The notes below the pieces were generated by a model, which saw nothing but the letters and a program-made list of their open reading frames with translations, was not told the origin of the DNA and did not search any database. Of a stretch of 64,000 bases of DNA, positions 1 to 11,330 are shown piece by piece. The stretch comes from Tequatrovirus BCH953P4. The stretch is taken from sequence record OZ035789.1; one strand, given 5' to 3'. A program made the translations under genes and the position numbers. Positions within the stretch are counted from its first letter, which is position 1, and each line of letters opens with the position of its first letter.

Positions 1-825
1 GAAAATATTATCACCACTAGTAGGTCTATTATACAAATACTCTATGCCACCAGGTTTAATATAGTTCCATGTCTGAAACGGATGTGTCTGATATGGATGA
101 TATAGATGATTATAAGGATTAAATCCAGGAGTTCTCCAGGTAGTGTTCCAAGGAAAAGAATCGTTTTTGATCATCTTCTCAATTACATCTTTTATAACTT
201 TTTCACTATCAAAACTTTCTTTATTTTCCTTCGATGGAAAAAGCTTATTCTCTACATCATTCCATGTATAAACTCGCTGTGCAGTTTTTGGAATACTGTC
301 ACGCTCTCCTCGAGCCATCCAATAAACTGGAACATTTAATATTTCACTCGCATGATCACAGTGGTGAGCGAGATCGTCAATATAACAAATTACGTTATAT
401 TTCTCTTTTGCCTTTTTGAACAACTCTTCTTTTGAAGAATCATGACCACACATCAGTACTTCTGAGAAGGCACCAGGAAAAAGAGCATTCAAATTAAATT
501 GACGATTCAGCAGAGCGTCAATAGAATCACCCAGTGCTGTAACAGCTACAAAATTATAATCTTCTTTTAATTTGTTAATTACACACAGGGCATCTTTATA
601 TGGAGACAAGTAACGAATAAAATCTGAACGATTATATTTTTCAATTAACTTGACACCAAGTTCTTCATCGCAATTAAAGAGCTTACCAGGAGAAATAAAT
701 TTTTCGTCCTGAATCATTTTTAAAATATGTTCTAATGGAAGATTATATTTTTGGGCAAAATAAGGAAGGCCTGATTGCCAGCTTAAACACACCCCGTCAA
801 TATCAGTCAAAATAGTAGGCTTCAT
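1..825 (-). CDS. HAD-fold hydrolase-like protein, partial (3' end lies beyond window start)
   Basis: Minus-strand frame open from ATG ~825 to position 1 with no stop; N-terminal ILTDIDGV (DxDG) motif; ATGA overlap with stop of upstream ORF at 822. Confidence 0.55.
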   Translation of the reverse strand, partial: MKPTILTDIDGVCLSWQSGLPYFAQKYNLPLEHILKMIQDEKFISPGKLFNCDEELGVKLIEKYNRSDFIRYLSPYKDALCVINKLKEDYNFVAVTALGDSIDALLNRQFNLNALFPGAFSEVLMCGHDSSKEELFKKAKEKYNVICYIDDLAHHCDHASEILNVPVYWMARGERDSIPKTAQRVYTWNDVENKLFPSKENKESFDSEKVIKDVIEKMIKNDSFPWNTTWRTPGFNPYNHLYHPYQTHPFQTWNYIKPGGIEYLYNRPTSGDNIF

Positions 826-1286
826 AGAGAGTCTCTTAATAGGTTTAACACATCAATAAATTCAGCTTCGGTTAATATTGTATCATCTTTTGTTAGACCA
901 CTAGCCATGCTGTGCTTCAAAACTTTTCCTTTTGAGGCTTGTAAGGCATCACGAAACCCCTTGTTTTGAATCGCTGCTTCAAAATATGCATTTGTGTATA
1001 ATTCTTTCCACGCCGGGGAATATCTTGAAAACGGAACTCCAATCCAGAAGAGGGTCCCACGGTCCTGAGCTCTAGCATAAGACCTTCCAGCTTGTTGGGC
1101 GGCAAGCCCGGATAACCCAAATATACGACGTTGTTGTTCAACATTTTTCACCTTACACCCTTGGAGGAATCCTTCAAGACCTCCAAATTGAATACCATCC
1201 ATAACGAAAGGCCATTGGGCGAAATTACTTAATGCACATGATGGCCACCTAAAATTGCTTCTAATCTCTAACTCAGACATTTTCAA
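822..1286 (-). CDS. YbiA/NADAR (DUF1768)-like protein
   Basis: 154-aa ORF; LSNFAQWPF..DGIQF..LEGFLQGCK resembles the SNFxxWP..DG..sEhxxQxxK signature of YbiA/NADAR; occupies the T4 30.3 position. Confidence 0.55.
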   Translation of the reverse strand: MKMSELEIRSNFRWPSCALSNFAQWPFVMDGIQFGGLEGFLQGCKVKNVEQQRRIFGLSGLAAQQAGRSYARAQDRGTLFWIGVPFSRYSPAWKELYTNAYFEAAIQNKGFRDALQASKGKVLKHSMASGLTKDDTILTEAEFIDVLNLLRDSL

Positions 1287-1479
1287 TGCTTATAATTTCA
1301 ACATCAGCCCAATGACCATAGCAAGGAAGACGAAATTCAACTGGCCAGTTAGGGTCCTTTTCTAATATAATAGACTCAACTCGTGGTTCTTCATGTTCAT
1401 CAGTATATGGATTTTTATCTGTTACTTTATATGTGACCTTAATGTACTGAATTCCAAAAATCTTATTAATTATATTCAT
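1273..1479 (-). CDS. hypothetical small protein (68 aa)
   Basis: ORF track; tight packing and same strand as neighbours in the 30.x region. Confidence 0.5.
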   Translation of the reverse strand: MNIINKIFGIQYIKVTYKVTDKNPYTDEHEEPRVESIILEKDPNWPVEFRLPCYGHWADVEIISIENV

Positions 1480-1673
1480 ACTAATTCCTTTAATCCGTAG
1501 ATAGGAGATAATTCATCACCCATACGAAGGTCTTCATTTCCATCTACCCAGGAAACAATATAAGCCTCTTTTATTTGAATACCACTCCATTTAAATGGAG
1601 GTAGAACCTTAGAAATTAATCCAGGTATACCAACTCCCTTTAATTCAACAGTTTGACCTAAAAAGAATTTCAT
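1476..1673 (-). CDS. hypothetical small protein (65 aa)
   Basis: ORF track; start overlaps stop of upstream ORF. Confidence 0.5.
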   Translation of the reverse strand: MKFFLGQTVELKGVGIPGLISKVLPPFKWSGIQIKEAYIVSWVDGNEDLRMGDELSPIYGLKELV

Positions 1674-1960
1674 TAGAACCTCATCTGAAAACCGTGCGAT
1701 TTAACATTACCGCCGCCAATATCAGAAATGTTAATTTCACGCGCAATTGAAGGGTCAATGTCAATTTCGCGATTGAGTTTAGTGATAGCTAAAGTATCAC
1801 GCCCATTTACAGTACGAAACTCTAAAGGACAAACCACATCAACGTAGTTTTTAATCGATTCGCTAGTAGGTTGCAAATGTGCAGGAAGGTCTTTAGGCGA
1901 CTTTGAGAAAACTACTTCGCAGAAGTTTTTACGGGTATCAAAATAAGTAGTCATAAACAT
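1673..1960 (-). CDS. hypothetical protein (95 aa)
   Basis: ORF track; 1-nt overlap with neighbour. Confidence 0.55.
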   Translation of the reverse strand: MFMTTYFDTRKNFCEVVFSKSPKDLPAHLQPTSESIKNYVDVVCPLEFRTVNGRDTLAITKLNREIDIDPSIAREINISDIGGGNVKSHGFQMRF

Positions 1961-2001
1961 AACATTTTCCTCAGTAAGGGGCCAAAGCCCCTCATTTTAT
2001 T

Positions 2002-2379
2002 TTAAATATCAAATTCGTTAAGAACTACATCAAAGATTGCTTCAAGATGCTCAGGTTTAGCTCTGTTACTCAGAATATGACGAATCCAAGTTTTAACCAA
2101 AAGCTTGCGATTAGCACCATTCCAGCAAGGATGAGTCCCTAAATCACGTTGACGAAAATCATCATCCAGAGCGATTTTGAAGTTTGAACCTTCCATTGTG
2201 ATTGAAACCGTGATTCCATTTTCAAATCGCATATAAACGTAATTAGGAGTCATATACTGCTCAATTTCGCATACTGATCCATTTTGATGTTTCCAAAGGC
2301 AAATAGTATCAATAGAACCTGCAATACAATTAGAAACATATTTACGTTCAAAATTGATGTAGTTCATTTTATTCTCCAA
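2002..2379 (-). CDS. hypothetical protein (125 aa)
   Basis: ORF track; same-strand early gene array. Confidence 0.55.
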   Translation of the reverse strand: MENKMNYINFERKYVSNCIAGSIDTICLWKHQNGSVCEIEQYMTPNYVYMRFENGITVSITMEGSNFKIALDDDFRQRDLGTHPCWNGANRKLLVKTWIRHILSNRAKPEHLEAIFDVVLNEFDI

Positions 2380-2434
2380 GATGTTTAATTGCGGTACAGG
2401 TATATAATATCATATCCTGTACCAAAGTAAACAA

Positions 2435-2767
2435 TTATTTTACTACTTTCCAATGCTGCATGTCAAGTTTACCAACTTTTTTCATCTTCTCAATTAAGCG
2501 TTCGGCACGTTGGCGAGCTGTAACATAATACCATTCACCTAATTCATTTTGTTCAATTTTTCCAACGATTACTGTATTCAATTCATAAATCCAACCAGTA
2601 AAGAAATTATGAACTTGAATTGTAAAGGTGAAATCTGTTCCCATACCTTCTGTTGTTTCTACTTCAATAATATCACCTTCAACTGCCATTAAGAACCACA
2701 TAGTTTCATCATATTTACCATTGAAGCATTTAGTTTTAACTGTAGCGTTCAGATTAATCGTTTTCAT
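2435..2767 (-). CDS. hypothetical protein (110 aa)
   Basis: ORF track; preceded by early-type promoter and SD GGAGAA. Confidence 0.55.
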   Translation of the reverse strand: MKTINLNATVKTKCFNGKYDETMWFLMAVEGDIIEVETTEGMGTDFTFTIQVHNFFTGWIYELNTVIVGKIEQNELGEWYYVTARQRAERLIEKMKKVGKLDMQHWKVVK

Positions 2768-2789
2768 TTTATTCTCCTTTGTTTGTGTA

Positions 2790-2825
2790 AGATAATACTA
2801 TCACAAAGGAACCGTACTGTAAACA
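2790..2825 (-). promoter_or_regulatory. early promoter
   Basis: GTTTAC, spacer, TAGTATTAT, SD GGAGAA. Confidence 0.5.
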
Positions 2826-2846
2826 ACTTTGTGCAATCTTTGGAAA

Positions 2847-2874
2847 ATAAAAAAGGACTCCCGAAGGAGTCCTT
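2847..2874 (-). terminator. rho-independent terminator after the small basic ORF
   Basis: Minus strand GGACTCC-ttcg-GGAGTCC then TTTTTTATTTT. Confidence 0.6.
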
Positions 2875-2877
2875 AAC

Positions 2878-3054
2878 TTATGCTTTCTGCTTACCAAAAC
2901 GAGAAGCATCATCTCGAAGAACCGCACGTGCTCGGCGCATGATCTTCTCAACAGTTTGATTGATACGAGAGTTCGACCCACGCTTGTAGCCAGCGCGTTT
3001 AGAATCACCAACTTTCTTTTCAACTGCTTTCTTTGCTTTAGCTTGTTTTGCCAT
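2878..3054 (-). CDS. small Lys/Arg-rich protein (~58 aa)
   Basis: Internal ATG (MAKQAKAKK..) of track ORF 2878..3096; followed by terminator hairpin. Confidence 0.5.
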   Translation of the reverse strand: MAKQAKAKKAVEKKVGDSKRAGYKRGSNSRINQTVEKIMRRARAVLRDDASRFGKQKA

Positions 3055-3342
3055 TATAAATTCTCTTTTAAATGAAAATGCAGGACTTATTGGCATTGCC
3101 TGCGCAAGCCCTCAAGGGGAACATAGGTTTTTGGATATTTAACGACCAGGATAACCATAAACCCGTCATCATACCACCAAGACTTACACAGATAACACTT
3201 TTCTGACGCATGATAGTAACATTCAAGAGGTACACCGTAAAACTGCCGGGGTCTTAAAACTATAATGATTCGCAAATCATTAATCAGACAGTTCGACGGC
3301 TCCTCGATTTAGCTCACACTAAGGCAGTGAATCTCCAATAAA

Positions 3343-3591
3343 TTACTTCAATGTTACCACAAAGTGACGAACTGCTTTTCGTGCAGCAGAAGCCAGAGGC
3401 TTAGCATATTTAAGTTCATCTTTTTCCTGAAGCTCAGCAGCTAATGCAGTTTGAGCAGGATTCAGATGTTTGAAATAACGCAGGATTTCAAGAGCTTCGG
3501 CTTCAACATCAATAGATGCGCCATAGTTTTCGTGACCATTATTCCATGCGTTTCGTTGCAGTTCAAGAGCGTGTTGTAATTGTTTAATCAT
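3343..3591 (-). CDS. rIII: rIII lysis-inhibition accessory protein
   Basis: 82-aa ORF matching T4 rIII in length, sequence and position immediately before gene 31. Confidence 0.85.
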   Translation of the reverse strand: MIKQLQHALELQRNAWNNGHENYGASIDVEAEALEILRYFKHLNPAQTALAAELQEKDELKYAKPLASAARKAVRHFVVTLK

Positions 3592-3738
3592 TTAAAAATT
3601 CTCGTTAGAGATTAAAACTCGGTAGTCACGTTCTTCTGAATTTCATCTTCTTTCGACAGATCTCTCAGTTGTAGACTACCACATAGAATTGTTCGGTTAA
3701 CTTATTATTCCGACACCCAATTCATATTATTATTTATA

Positions 3739-4074
3739 TCACTTATAAAGACACGGAATAGCTTTATAGTGACAGGTAACAAATTTTTGTTTAATTTCTT
3801 TTGGCTGCTTAAGACCCAGAGCTACAAAAGGATGCGGAACATTTCGAATTTGACCAACTGGAAGAGAAGTCAAATCACCAACTTCGCAGAAACCTTCAGG
3901 AACATCAGGACCGACAGAGTGAACTACACACAGTTCAGGAACTTCACCTTGAACACGTTTACCGATAATAAGTCCTGATTCTGTAACTTCTTCATCACCG
4001 GCTTGTGCAGGTTCAGAAACTAAAATAACATATTCACCGACAGCACGAATTGGTAGCTGTTGTACTTCAGACAT
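3739..4074 (-). CDS. 31: gp31 GroES-like co-chaperonin for capsid folding
   Basis: 111-aa ORF matching T4 gp31 ([16 protein letters not shown]...). Confidence 0.9.
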
Positions 4075-4130
4075 CGTTTTTCCTTTTTGTTAACAGATGA
4101 ATTAATAATAACAAATAATTCTTAAAGCAT

Positions 4131-4439
4131 TTATTTACCAATAAATTGAAGCAAATGCTCAACTTTCATACCATTAACGGAAATCAATTTGTCAATAGAA
4201 AAACCTCGCCACGCACCAAGCTCAACATCAAATACTGGAATCATATCAGTAGATTCTTTCCGGGTAGATTCAGTCAATTTACCAGTTTGCATGGTTGGCA
4301 TAAAGTCTGCGTCGCGAGTACCTTTCATAGTACGAATAGTACCATCAGACTTTTCAAAAACTACGTTTGAAACACCCATGGACAATTTAGTTTTCAAAAT
4401 TTCACGAATTGCTACTTTCTGCTCAGTTGTCAGTTTCAT
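4131..4439 (-). CDS. hypothetical protein (102 aa)
   Basis: ORF track; position between 31 and cd. Confidence 0.55.
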   Translation of the reverse strand: MKLTTEQKVAIREILKTKLSMGVSNVVFEKSDGTIRTMKGTRDADFMPTMQTGKLTESTRKESTDMIPVFDVELGAWRGFSIDKLISVNGMKVEHLLQFIGK

Positions 4440-4676
4440 TTATTTACCTATTACAGTTTTAATATGAGTTGTTCCACGTTCTTTAAGGGTGGAAAGTAAT
4501 TTTTGGCATTTTTCTAAATCAGATTTCCAACTATATGGTCTATCAATACTAGTCCAATCAGTTTTATAATACTGTTTCCATTTAGAGAAAAAATATTTCT
4601 TATACTCTACAGCAAATGAGATGTTCTCATTAGAATAAGAACTAATTGCTGTGAGCTTTACCAAACGAAATTTCAT
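4440..4676 (-). CDS. hypothetical protein (78 aa)
   Basis: ORF track; abuts cd. Confidence 0.5.
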   Translation of the reverse strand: MKFRLVKLTAISSYSNENISFAVEYKKYFFSKWKQYYKTDWTSIDRPYSWKSDLEKCQKLLSTLKERGTTHIKTVIGK

Positions 4677-5257
4677 TATTCACCACAGAATTCGTTGATA
4701 TTTTCCCAATTTAACTTATTCAAGTTTTTCTTAGGAACATTAAACACTTCAATACCCGCATTTCGCAGAATATCATCCCAGCCAGGTTTATTTTTATCGT
4801 ATGTTTCACAATAAACCAGCTTTTTAATACCAGATTGAGCTATCGCTTTTGCGCAATCTGGACAGGGAGAAAGTGTTACATACATAGTAGCACCTTCAAT
4901 TGAAGAACCGTTTCGTGCAGCAAACAAAATCGCATTTAGTTCAGCATGAATTTCATTTTTAGACGACCATTCAGAGTGAGCGCTACGATGTTCTTTCGCC
5001 AAGACAAAGCGATCAGTTGAACCAAATGATACGCATTCAGGCTTATGGCCTTGGATGATAGTATGTTTAGGTTTATTCAGCAACCAACCTTGCTCAGCGG
5101 CATAATCACAACAGTTCACACCTCCTGCGGGTGAACCATTATACCCAGTAGAAATAATACGTCCATTCTTTTCAATTACTGCTCCTACCTTCCAGGAGCA
5201 ACATTTTGATTCTTGTGATACTAAATATGCAATTTGAAGTACTGTACTCGCTTTCAT
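4676..5257 (-). CDS. cd: dCMP deaminase
   Basis: 193-aa ORF with zinc-binding HAELNAI and PCPDCAKAI motifs of cytidine/dCMP deaminases; T4 cd length. Confidence 0.9.
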   Translation of the reverse strand: MKASTVLQIAYLVSQESKCCSWKVGAVIEKNGRIISTGYNGSPAGGVNCCDYAAEQGWLLNKPKHTIIQGHKPECVSFGSTDRFVLAKEHRSAHSEWSSKNEIHAELNAILFAARNGSSIEGATMYVTLSPCPDCAKAIAQSGIKKLVYCETYDKNKPGWDDILRNAGIEVFNVPKKNLNKLNWENINEFCGE

Positions 5258-5592
5258 TTCATAATCACCAGATAAGCAGATTTAGCAGTTTCAACACGAT
5301 AAATTTCATGACGAAGTTTAGTTATACTTTTAATAACAGAACTAATTATATTCTGTCCGTCTTTAAAGCGGTTTTTCTTATCAATAAAAATTGCGCCAAC
5401 CATCTTTTTGTGAAGCTCAACTGGATACTTCGTCACAATAATAGCATCATATACAGAAGGATGAATACTATTTACTAGAGTGTCATTCATTAAAGTTATT
5501 CTAATGAACTGTGCTGTTTCAGAGTCAAGCGCTCTATGATCGCCAGTATCATTTTCAAGACAATTATCAATTATATCAGTTAAATTCATCAT
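5254..5592 (-). CDS. hypothetical protein (112 aa)
   Basis: ORF track; ATGA coupling to cd. Confidence 0.55.
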   Translation of the reverse strand: MMNLTDIIDNCLENDTGDHRALDSETAQFIRITLMNDTLVNSIHPSVYDAIIVTKYPVELHKKMVGAIFIDKKNRFKDGQNIISSVIKSITKLRHEIYRVETAKSAYLVIMK

Positions 5593-5825
5593 AGTACGCC
5601 ATACACCCTTTGTGCTTCAACTAATCCATCAAAATCCAATTTAAGATGTGTTATTTGATCACCATCACCTGGATTCACAATTACTAATACTGAACGAGGA
5701 GTTTCGGTAATAACACGAACCGATGTTTCAGGAAATCGTTCAGAAACCTTATTTACCAATTCCTGTGCAAATAGCTTAACTTTTTCTTGGAATTCTTTAA
5801 CAGTAATCGGTTTTTCACTTAGCAT
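5589..5825 (-). CDS. hypothetical protein (78 aa)
   Basis: ORF track; overlapping start/stop with neighbours. Confidence 0.5.
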   Translation of the reverse strand: MLSEKPITVKEFQEKVKLFAQELVNKVSERFPETSVRVITETPRSVLVIVNPGDGDQITHLKLDFDGLVEAQRVYGVL

Positions 5826-6361
5826 GTTGATCCCAGCTCCTTACTTTCAACGTTTTTAACTAATTTGACAGAAACTAATTCAGCATCTTGAGTAATCATT
5901 ACCGGGCCTTCTTCATACTCTTCAAGATATTCTAGAGCTTTCTTTTTAGCTTCTTCCTTCGTATCAGTTTGAGCATAGATATAAAACATACAACCAGTAA
6001 TACCTACTACTTTCCATTTAATTTCTTTATCAGTTTTAATTTCAAATTTACTGACAGAATCATCTTTTTGAACTTCTTCGAAAAAATAATATTCTGACAT
6101 ATAAGTAATTGAAAATAATGGGCTATCTTTATAGCATTCACCCATTACATCAACAGCTTTATACCAGTAATCGTCAATTTCACGTTTAATGCTAATAACA
6201 TTTTTCGCGGGATCAATTTTTACTTTAAATGAATTTTCCCCAATAAACTGAGCAATTCGTTTATTAGCCCCGCAAGTTTCATTAAAAATATCTTTATATC
6301 CAGCTTTAAAGCGATAAACCTTATCTTCTTCAAACCATTCGCTCATTTTCAATTTCCTCAT
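5819..6361 (-). CDS. hypothetical protein (180 aa)
   Basis: ORF track; early promoter upstream (~6375-6407). Confidence 0.55.
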   Translation of the reverse strand: MRKLKMSEWFEEDKVYRFKAGYKDIFNETCGANKRIAQFIGENSFKVKIDPAKNVISIKREIDDYWYKAVDVMGECYKDSPLFSITYMSEYYFFEEVQKDDSVSKFEIKTDKEIKWKVVGITGCMFYIYAQTDTKEEAKKKALEYLEEYEEGPVMITQDAELVSVKLVKNVESKELGSTC

Positions 6362-6374
6362 TTGTTTGGTAGAG

Positions 6375-6407
6375 CCATAATATCACAACTCTACTGTAAA
6401 GTAAACT
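6375..6407 (-). promoter_or_regulatory. early promoter
   Basis: GTTTAC, spacer, TATTAT before the 180-aa ORF. Confidence 0.5.
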
Positions 6408-6408
6408 A

Positions 6409-6684
6409 TTAAATCGCTTTGAATTCCGCAGTTTGAGATTCAAAGCGAATGTCGCCTTTGATAACTAACTCAGCATCAAGACCGAATACGACAATGATAT
6501 GCGCGGAACCTGGATACAGCGTAATGGCAACAGAATCCACCTGGTCTGGAAGCAAAGTGTTTAATACATGAGTCACTTGAGCATGGATTCGAAGTTCGGC
6601 TGCGTTATCAAGCTTTTCAAACATATTATTAGCGATAATTTGACTAAACACTACTTCTACGATTTTAGAATAAGTCGGAAACAT
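6409..6684 (-). CDS. hypothetical protein (91 aa)
   Basis: ORF track. Confidence 0.5.
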   Translation of the reverse strand: MFPTYSKIVEVVFSQIIANNMFEKLDNAAELRIHAQVTHVLNTLLPDQVDSVAITLYPGSAHIIVVFGLDAELVIKGDIRFESQTAEFKAI

Positions 6685-6686
6685 AT

Positions 6687-6887
6687 TTACCTCACATAAT
6701 TTTCTTCAAGCCAATCAATAACATCCAAAGCGTTATCAAAAGTTGAACCATCTACTTTGTCTTCTGTTTCATAATCAAGAACATCTAAGCCTACTCTTCC
6801 GTCAACAATAGGCCATAAACAAAATAGATATTTCTTTTCTTTTTCAATTTTATCACAAAGACGATAAATCTTTTCTATGTTATTCAT
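6687..6887 (-). CDS. hypothetical protein (66 aa)
   Basis: ORF track. Confidence 0.5.
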   Translation of the reverse strand: MNNIEKIYRLCDKIEKEKKYLFCLWPIVDGRVGLDVLDYETEDKVDGSTFDNALDVIDWLEENYVR

Positions 6888-7076
6888 AAGTTTTCCATGG
6901 TAAAGGCAGTTTAGTTTTCTTTACTGTTAGTTCAACATCAGGATTCTTTTCTCTCAATTTAAGACATTCCTCCCAAGCTCTGATTTCACTAGTGAATACA
7001 CAAAATTGCCCATTACTAGTACCGACTAAACCACTATTTACAATAATAATAGCCCAAGTTTCATGATGCCACGCCA

Positions 7077-7077
<1 letters not shown>
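6880..7077 (-). CDS. hypothetical protein (65 aa)
   Basis: ORF track; abuts pseT. Confidence 0.5.
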
Positions 7078-8280
<1,203 letters not shown>

Positions 8281-8284
<4 letters not shown>

Positions 8285-8511
8285 TTATTTTTCTCAACCA
8301 ATGATTGAATATAATCATGCAGGTCTTTAGATGCTTTACCCCACTTATTTTGGTATTCATTTTTAAGATTAGCACGTGATTGAGCTAATAAAACATCATT
8401 AGTTGGAGGTAAAGATTCTAATCGTTGAATCTGACGTCCATAAATCATTGCTGCCATCTCTGATTCATAAATCAATCCTTTGAGATGTTCAAATTGATGC
8501 CATGAAATCAT
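8281..8511 (-). CDS. hypothetical protein (76 aa)
   Basis: ORF track. Confidence 0.5.
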
Positions 8512-8807
8512 TTACATTTATCCTCTTTTAACTCTTGACGATAATAACATATCATAGTTTTCTGGTCATGTACATATCGTTTTACATCATTAAGCCAAAT
8601 ACGAAATTCCTGAGAATCTTCAAATGGCATACCGACCCAAGCTTTACCATCGATAACTTTAACTTGCCAAGATAGTTTAGCTTCGTCATATGACTTTATT
8701 TGCACAGGCCAATTAGGATGAACTGTTTCTTTCTTTACTTCTAGAGGCTTTGTCGAACAACCAACTAGAAGACCAATAGATAATATTACTGCTGATAGTT
8801 TAATCAT
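8508..8807 (-). CDS. outer-membrane lipoprotein, o-spanin candidate (T4 pseT.2-like)
   Basis: Signal peptide ending in lipobox LLVGC-S; 99 aa; immediately downstream of a TM/coiled-coil partner. Confidence 0.6.
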   Translation of the reverse strand: MIKLSAVILSIGLLVGCSTKPLEVKKETVHPNWPVQIKSYDEAKLSWQVKVIDGKAWVGMPFEDSQEFRIWLNDVKRYVHDQKTMICYYRQELKEDKCK

Positions 8808-9157
8808 TTAGAAAGGTCCTGGATGTCTTCTGCGAACTTGTTGAAGGAGTTGTTGATTTGTTTTTCAACCAATCCTGGCTTATGAGCCACCACATCCGCC
8901 TTCTTTGCGTCTTTGCGCAGCTTTTCATTTTCACGCTCAATTGCAGCAATTGATTCACGATTTTTATTATTCATTGCATCAATATAATTATATTGATTTT
9001 TTAAATCATTTAATGCTAAGGCGTTTTCATTGGCCGTTTTTGTAATTTCTACAACAGACGTTTCTAATCTTTCAATTTTATTTTTTAAAATTAAAGAAGT
9101 TCCGCCCAATGCAATTACAATTAATAACAAGCCTGCTGTCGTATTACTTACATGCAT
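8804..9157 (-). CDS. inner-membrane coiled-coil protein, i-spanin candidate (T4 pseT.3-like)
   Basis: N-terminal TM helix (GLLLIVIALGGTSLIL) followed by charged heptad-rich region; 117 aa; overlaps lipoprotein gene. Confidence 0.6.
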   Translation of the reverse strand: MHVSNTTAGLLLIVIALGGTSLILKNKIERLETSVVEITKTANENALALNDLKNQYNYIDAMNNKNRESIAAIERENEKLRKDAKKADVVAHKPGLVEKQINNSFNKFAEDIQDLSK

Positions 9158-9651
9158 AAAGTTTTAATAACCTCTATAATATCGTCTTGAGAAAGACCGT
9201 TAATTAAAATATGATGTTCAGCCGGAGATTTAGAAATTTTAAAGCATGCCTCAACATCTTCTGCCATATCCGATGCACTACGATTTGGATTACTAATTCC
9301 AAGACGATGCTTTCCCGTCAAAGGATTAACGATGATATAGCATTTACAGCTATTGATATGAACATTAGGTTGAGTCTGATTAATGAACACTTCGCAATCA
9401 TACTTAGCGAGTTGATTTTCTAAAAAGACTTTCATCTCCTCAACCGCATCAGGAAGCATATCACGGGCTTGCTCAAGACGACGATTTCGATATTCTTTAA
9501 TGGTCGTTTTCCGCTTAACTTGCTTAGCTAAATCTTTCTTAAGATCGGTGATATATCCAACTCGACGATTTCCTTTGAATACAGAAATCCCATCTGTAGT
9601 ATCACCGTATGCTTCAACGACCATTTCAGTAGTAATAAGCTGTAAATCCAT
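9148..9651 (-). CDS. alc: Alc, terminator of host (dC-DNA) transcription
   Basis: 167 aa from second Met; matches T4 Alc in size, sequence and position upstream of rnlA. Confidence 0.8.
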   Translation of the reverse strand: MDLQLITTEMVVEAYGDTTDGISVFKGNRRVGYITDLKKDLAKQVKRKTTIKEYRNRRLEQARDMLPDAVEEMKVFLENQLAKYDCEVFINQTQPNVHINSCKCYIIVNPLTGKHRLGISNPNRSASDMAEDVEACFKISKSPAEHHILINGLSQDDIIEVIKTLCM

Positions 9652-9715
9652 CATAAAGTCCTCATGTTATGTCAGTAAGACTACTGTAACACAACATGAG
9701 GGACTTGTAAACAGC

Positions 9716-11303
<1,588 letters not shown>

Positions 11304-11330
11304 AATAAAATGGGCCTTGCGGCCCACTCC

